This document shows, in pieces, positions 63,228 to 64,000 of a DNA stretch of 64,000 nucleotides (positions are counted from its first letter, which is position 1; every line of letters begins with the position of its first letter). The DNA lies in assembly GCF_009914755.1 (NCBI RefSeq), contig NC_060940.1; one strand, written 5' to 3'. The notes under the pieces are model-generated. The model did not search any database, was not told where the DNA came from, and saw nothing but the letters and a program-made list of their open reading frames with translations. The position numbers and the translations under genes were made by a program. This stretch comes from the human T2T-CHM13v2.0 reference genome, Homo sapiens.

Positions 63228-64000
63228 TAACAATCAGCTCAGCCTTCAGCAAAACAATCGTTTTGCTGGAGAAAGGTATTGCCTCAATGTTGATGGCTGT
63301 TGACTGATTAGAGTGGTACTTGCTGAAGGCTGGGGTGCTGTAGCAATTTCTTAAAATAAGACAACAATGACCTCTGCTACATCTATCAATTTACTCTTCC
63401 TTTCATGAAAGATTTCTCTGTCGTACGGGACGTTGACAGCACTTTATCCACCACAGAACTTCTTTCAGAATTGGAAGCAATGCTCTCAAACTGTACCACT
63501 GCTTTATCAACTAAGTTTATATAATATTCGAAATCTCTGTTGTCATTTTAACAATGTTTACAACATCTTTACCAGGAATACATTCCATTTCCAGAAGCTA
63601 CTTTCTTTCTTTCTTTTTTTTTTTGAGACAGGGTATCACTCTGTCATCCAGACTGGAGTGCGGTGGTGTGATCACCGTTCACTACAGTCTTGACCTCCCA
63701 AGGCTCAGGTGATCCTCCTACCTCAGTCCCCTGAGTAGCTGGGACTACAGGCATATGACACCCATGTCCGGCTAGTTTTTGTATTTTTAATAGAGATGAA
63801 TTTTTGTCATGTTGCACAGGTTGGTCTCGAACTCCCGGGCTCAAGTGATCCACCTGCCTCAGCCTCCCAAGTGTTGGGATTACAGGCGTGAGTCACCACA
63901 CTCAGCCCAGAAACTGCTTTCTTTGCCCATCCATAACAATCAAGTCCTCATCCGTTCAAGTTTTATCGTGAGACTGCAGCATTTCAGTCACATCTTTAGG
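63228..64000. mobile_element. Tigger2-type DNA transposon fragment interrupted by an Alu (-; 63604-63907)
   Basis: GCAATTTCTTAAAATAAGACAACAATG...CTTTATCAACTAAGTTTAT...CTCATCCGTTCAAGTTTTATC. Confidence 0.78.

Overview
Human subtelomeric 16p13.3 DNA immediately upstream of the alpha-globin cluster, recognised from translated exons and the HS-40 sequence. In order, the window holds: intron 1 and the non-coding first exon/CpG-island promoter of a minus-strand gene (RHBDF1 by known gene order; no coding exon in the window); the complete MPG gene (+ strand, two alternative coding first exons, 293/298 aa); and 12 coding exons (exons 3-14) of NPRL3 (- strand). All MPG and NPRL3 exon phases join in frame. 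NPRL3 introns carry the alpha-globin enhancers MCS-R2/HS-40 (clear) and probably MCS-R1/HS-48 and MCS-R3/HS-33, plus three strong CTCF motifs. The rest is dense Alu, a solo HERV-H LTR7, MLT1, MER3, Tigger2, L1/L2/MIR fragments and several minisatellites, including a 57-bp array matching the alpha-globin 5'HVR. This is a heavily studied locus and I found no new gene system. The most interesting unexplained structures are: a 20-bp minisatellite built from copies of the NPRL3 exon-4 splice donor; an apparently MIR-derived coding first exon of MPG; a 282-bp inverted templated duplication flanked by a direct repeat; a recursive-splice-type AG|GTAAG exon; and a back-to-back bidirectional poly(A) signal. 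Nearly all entries in the supplied ORF track are spurious. Repeat boundaries are approximate and repeat subfamily names are by eye.
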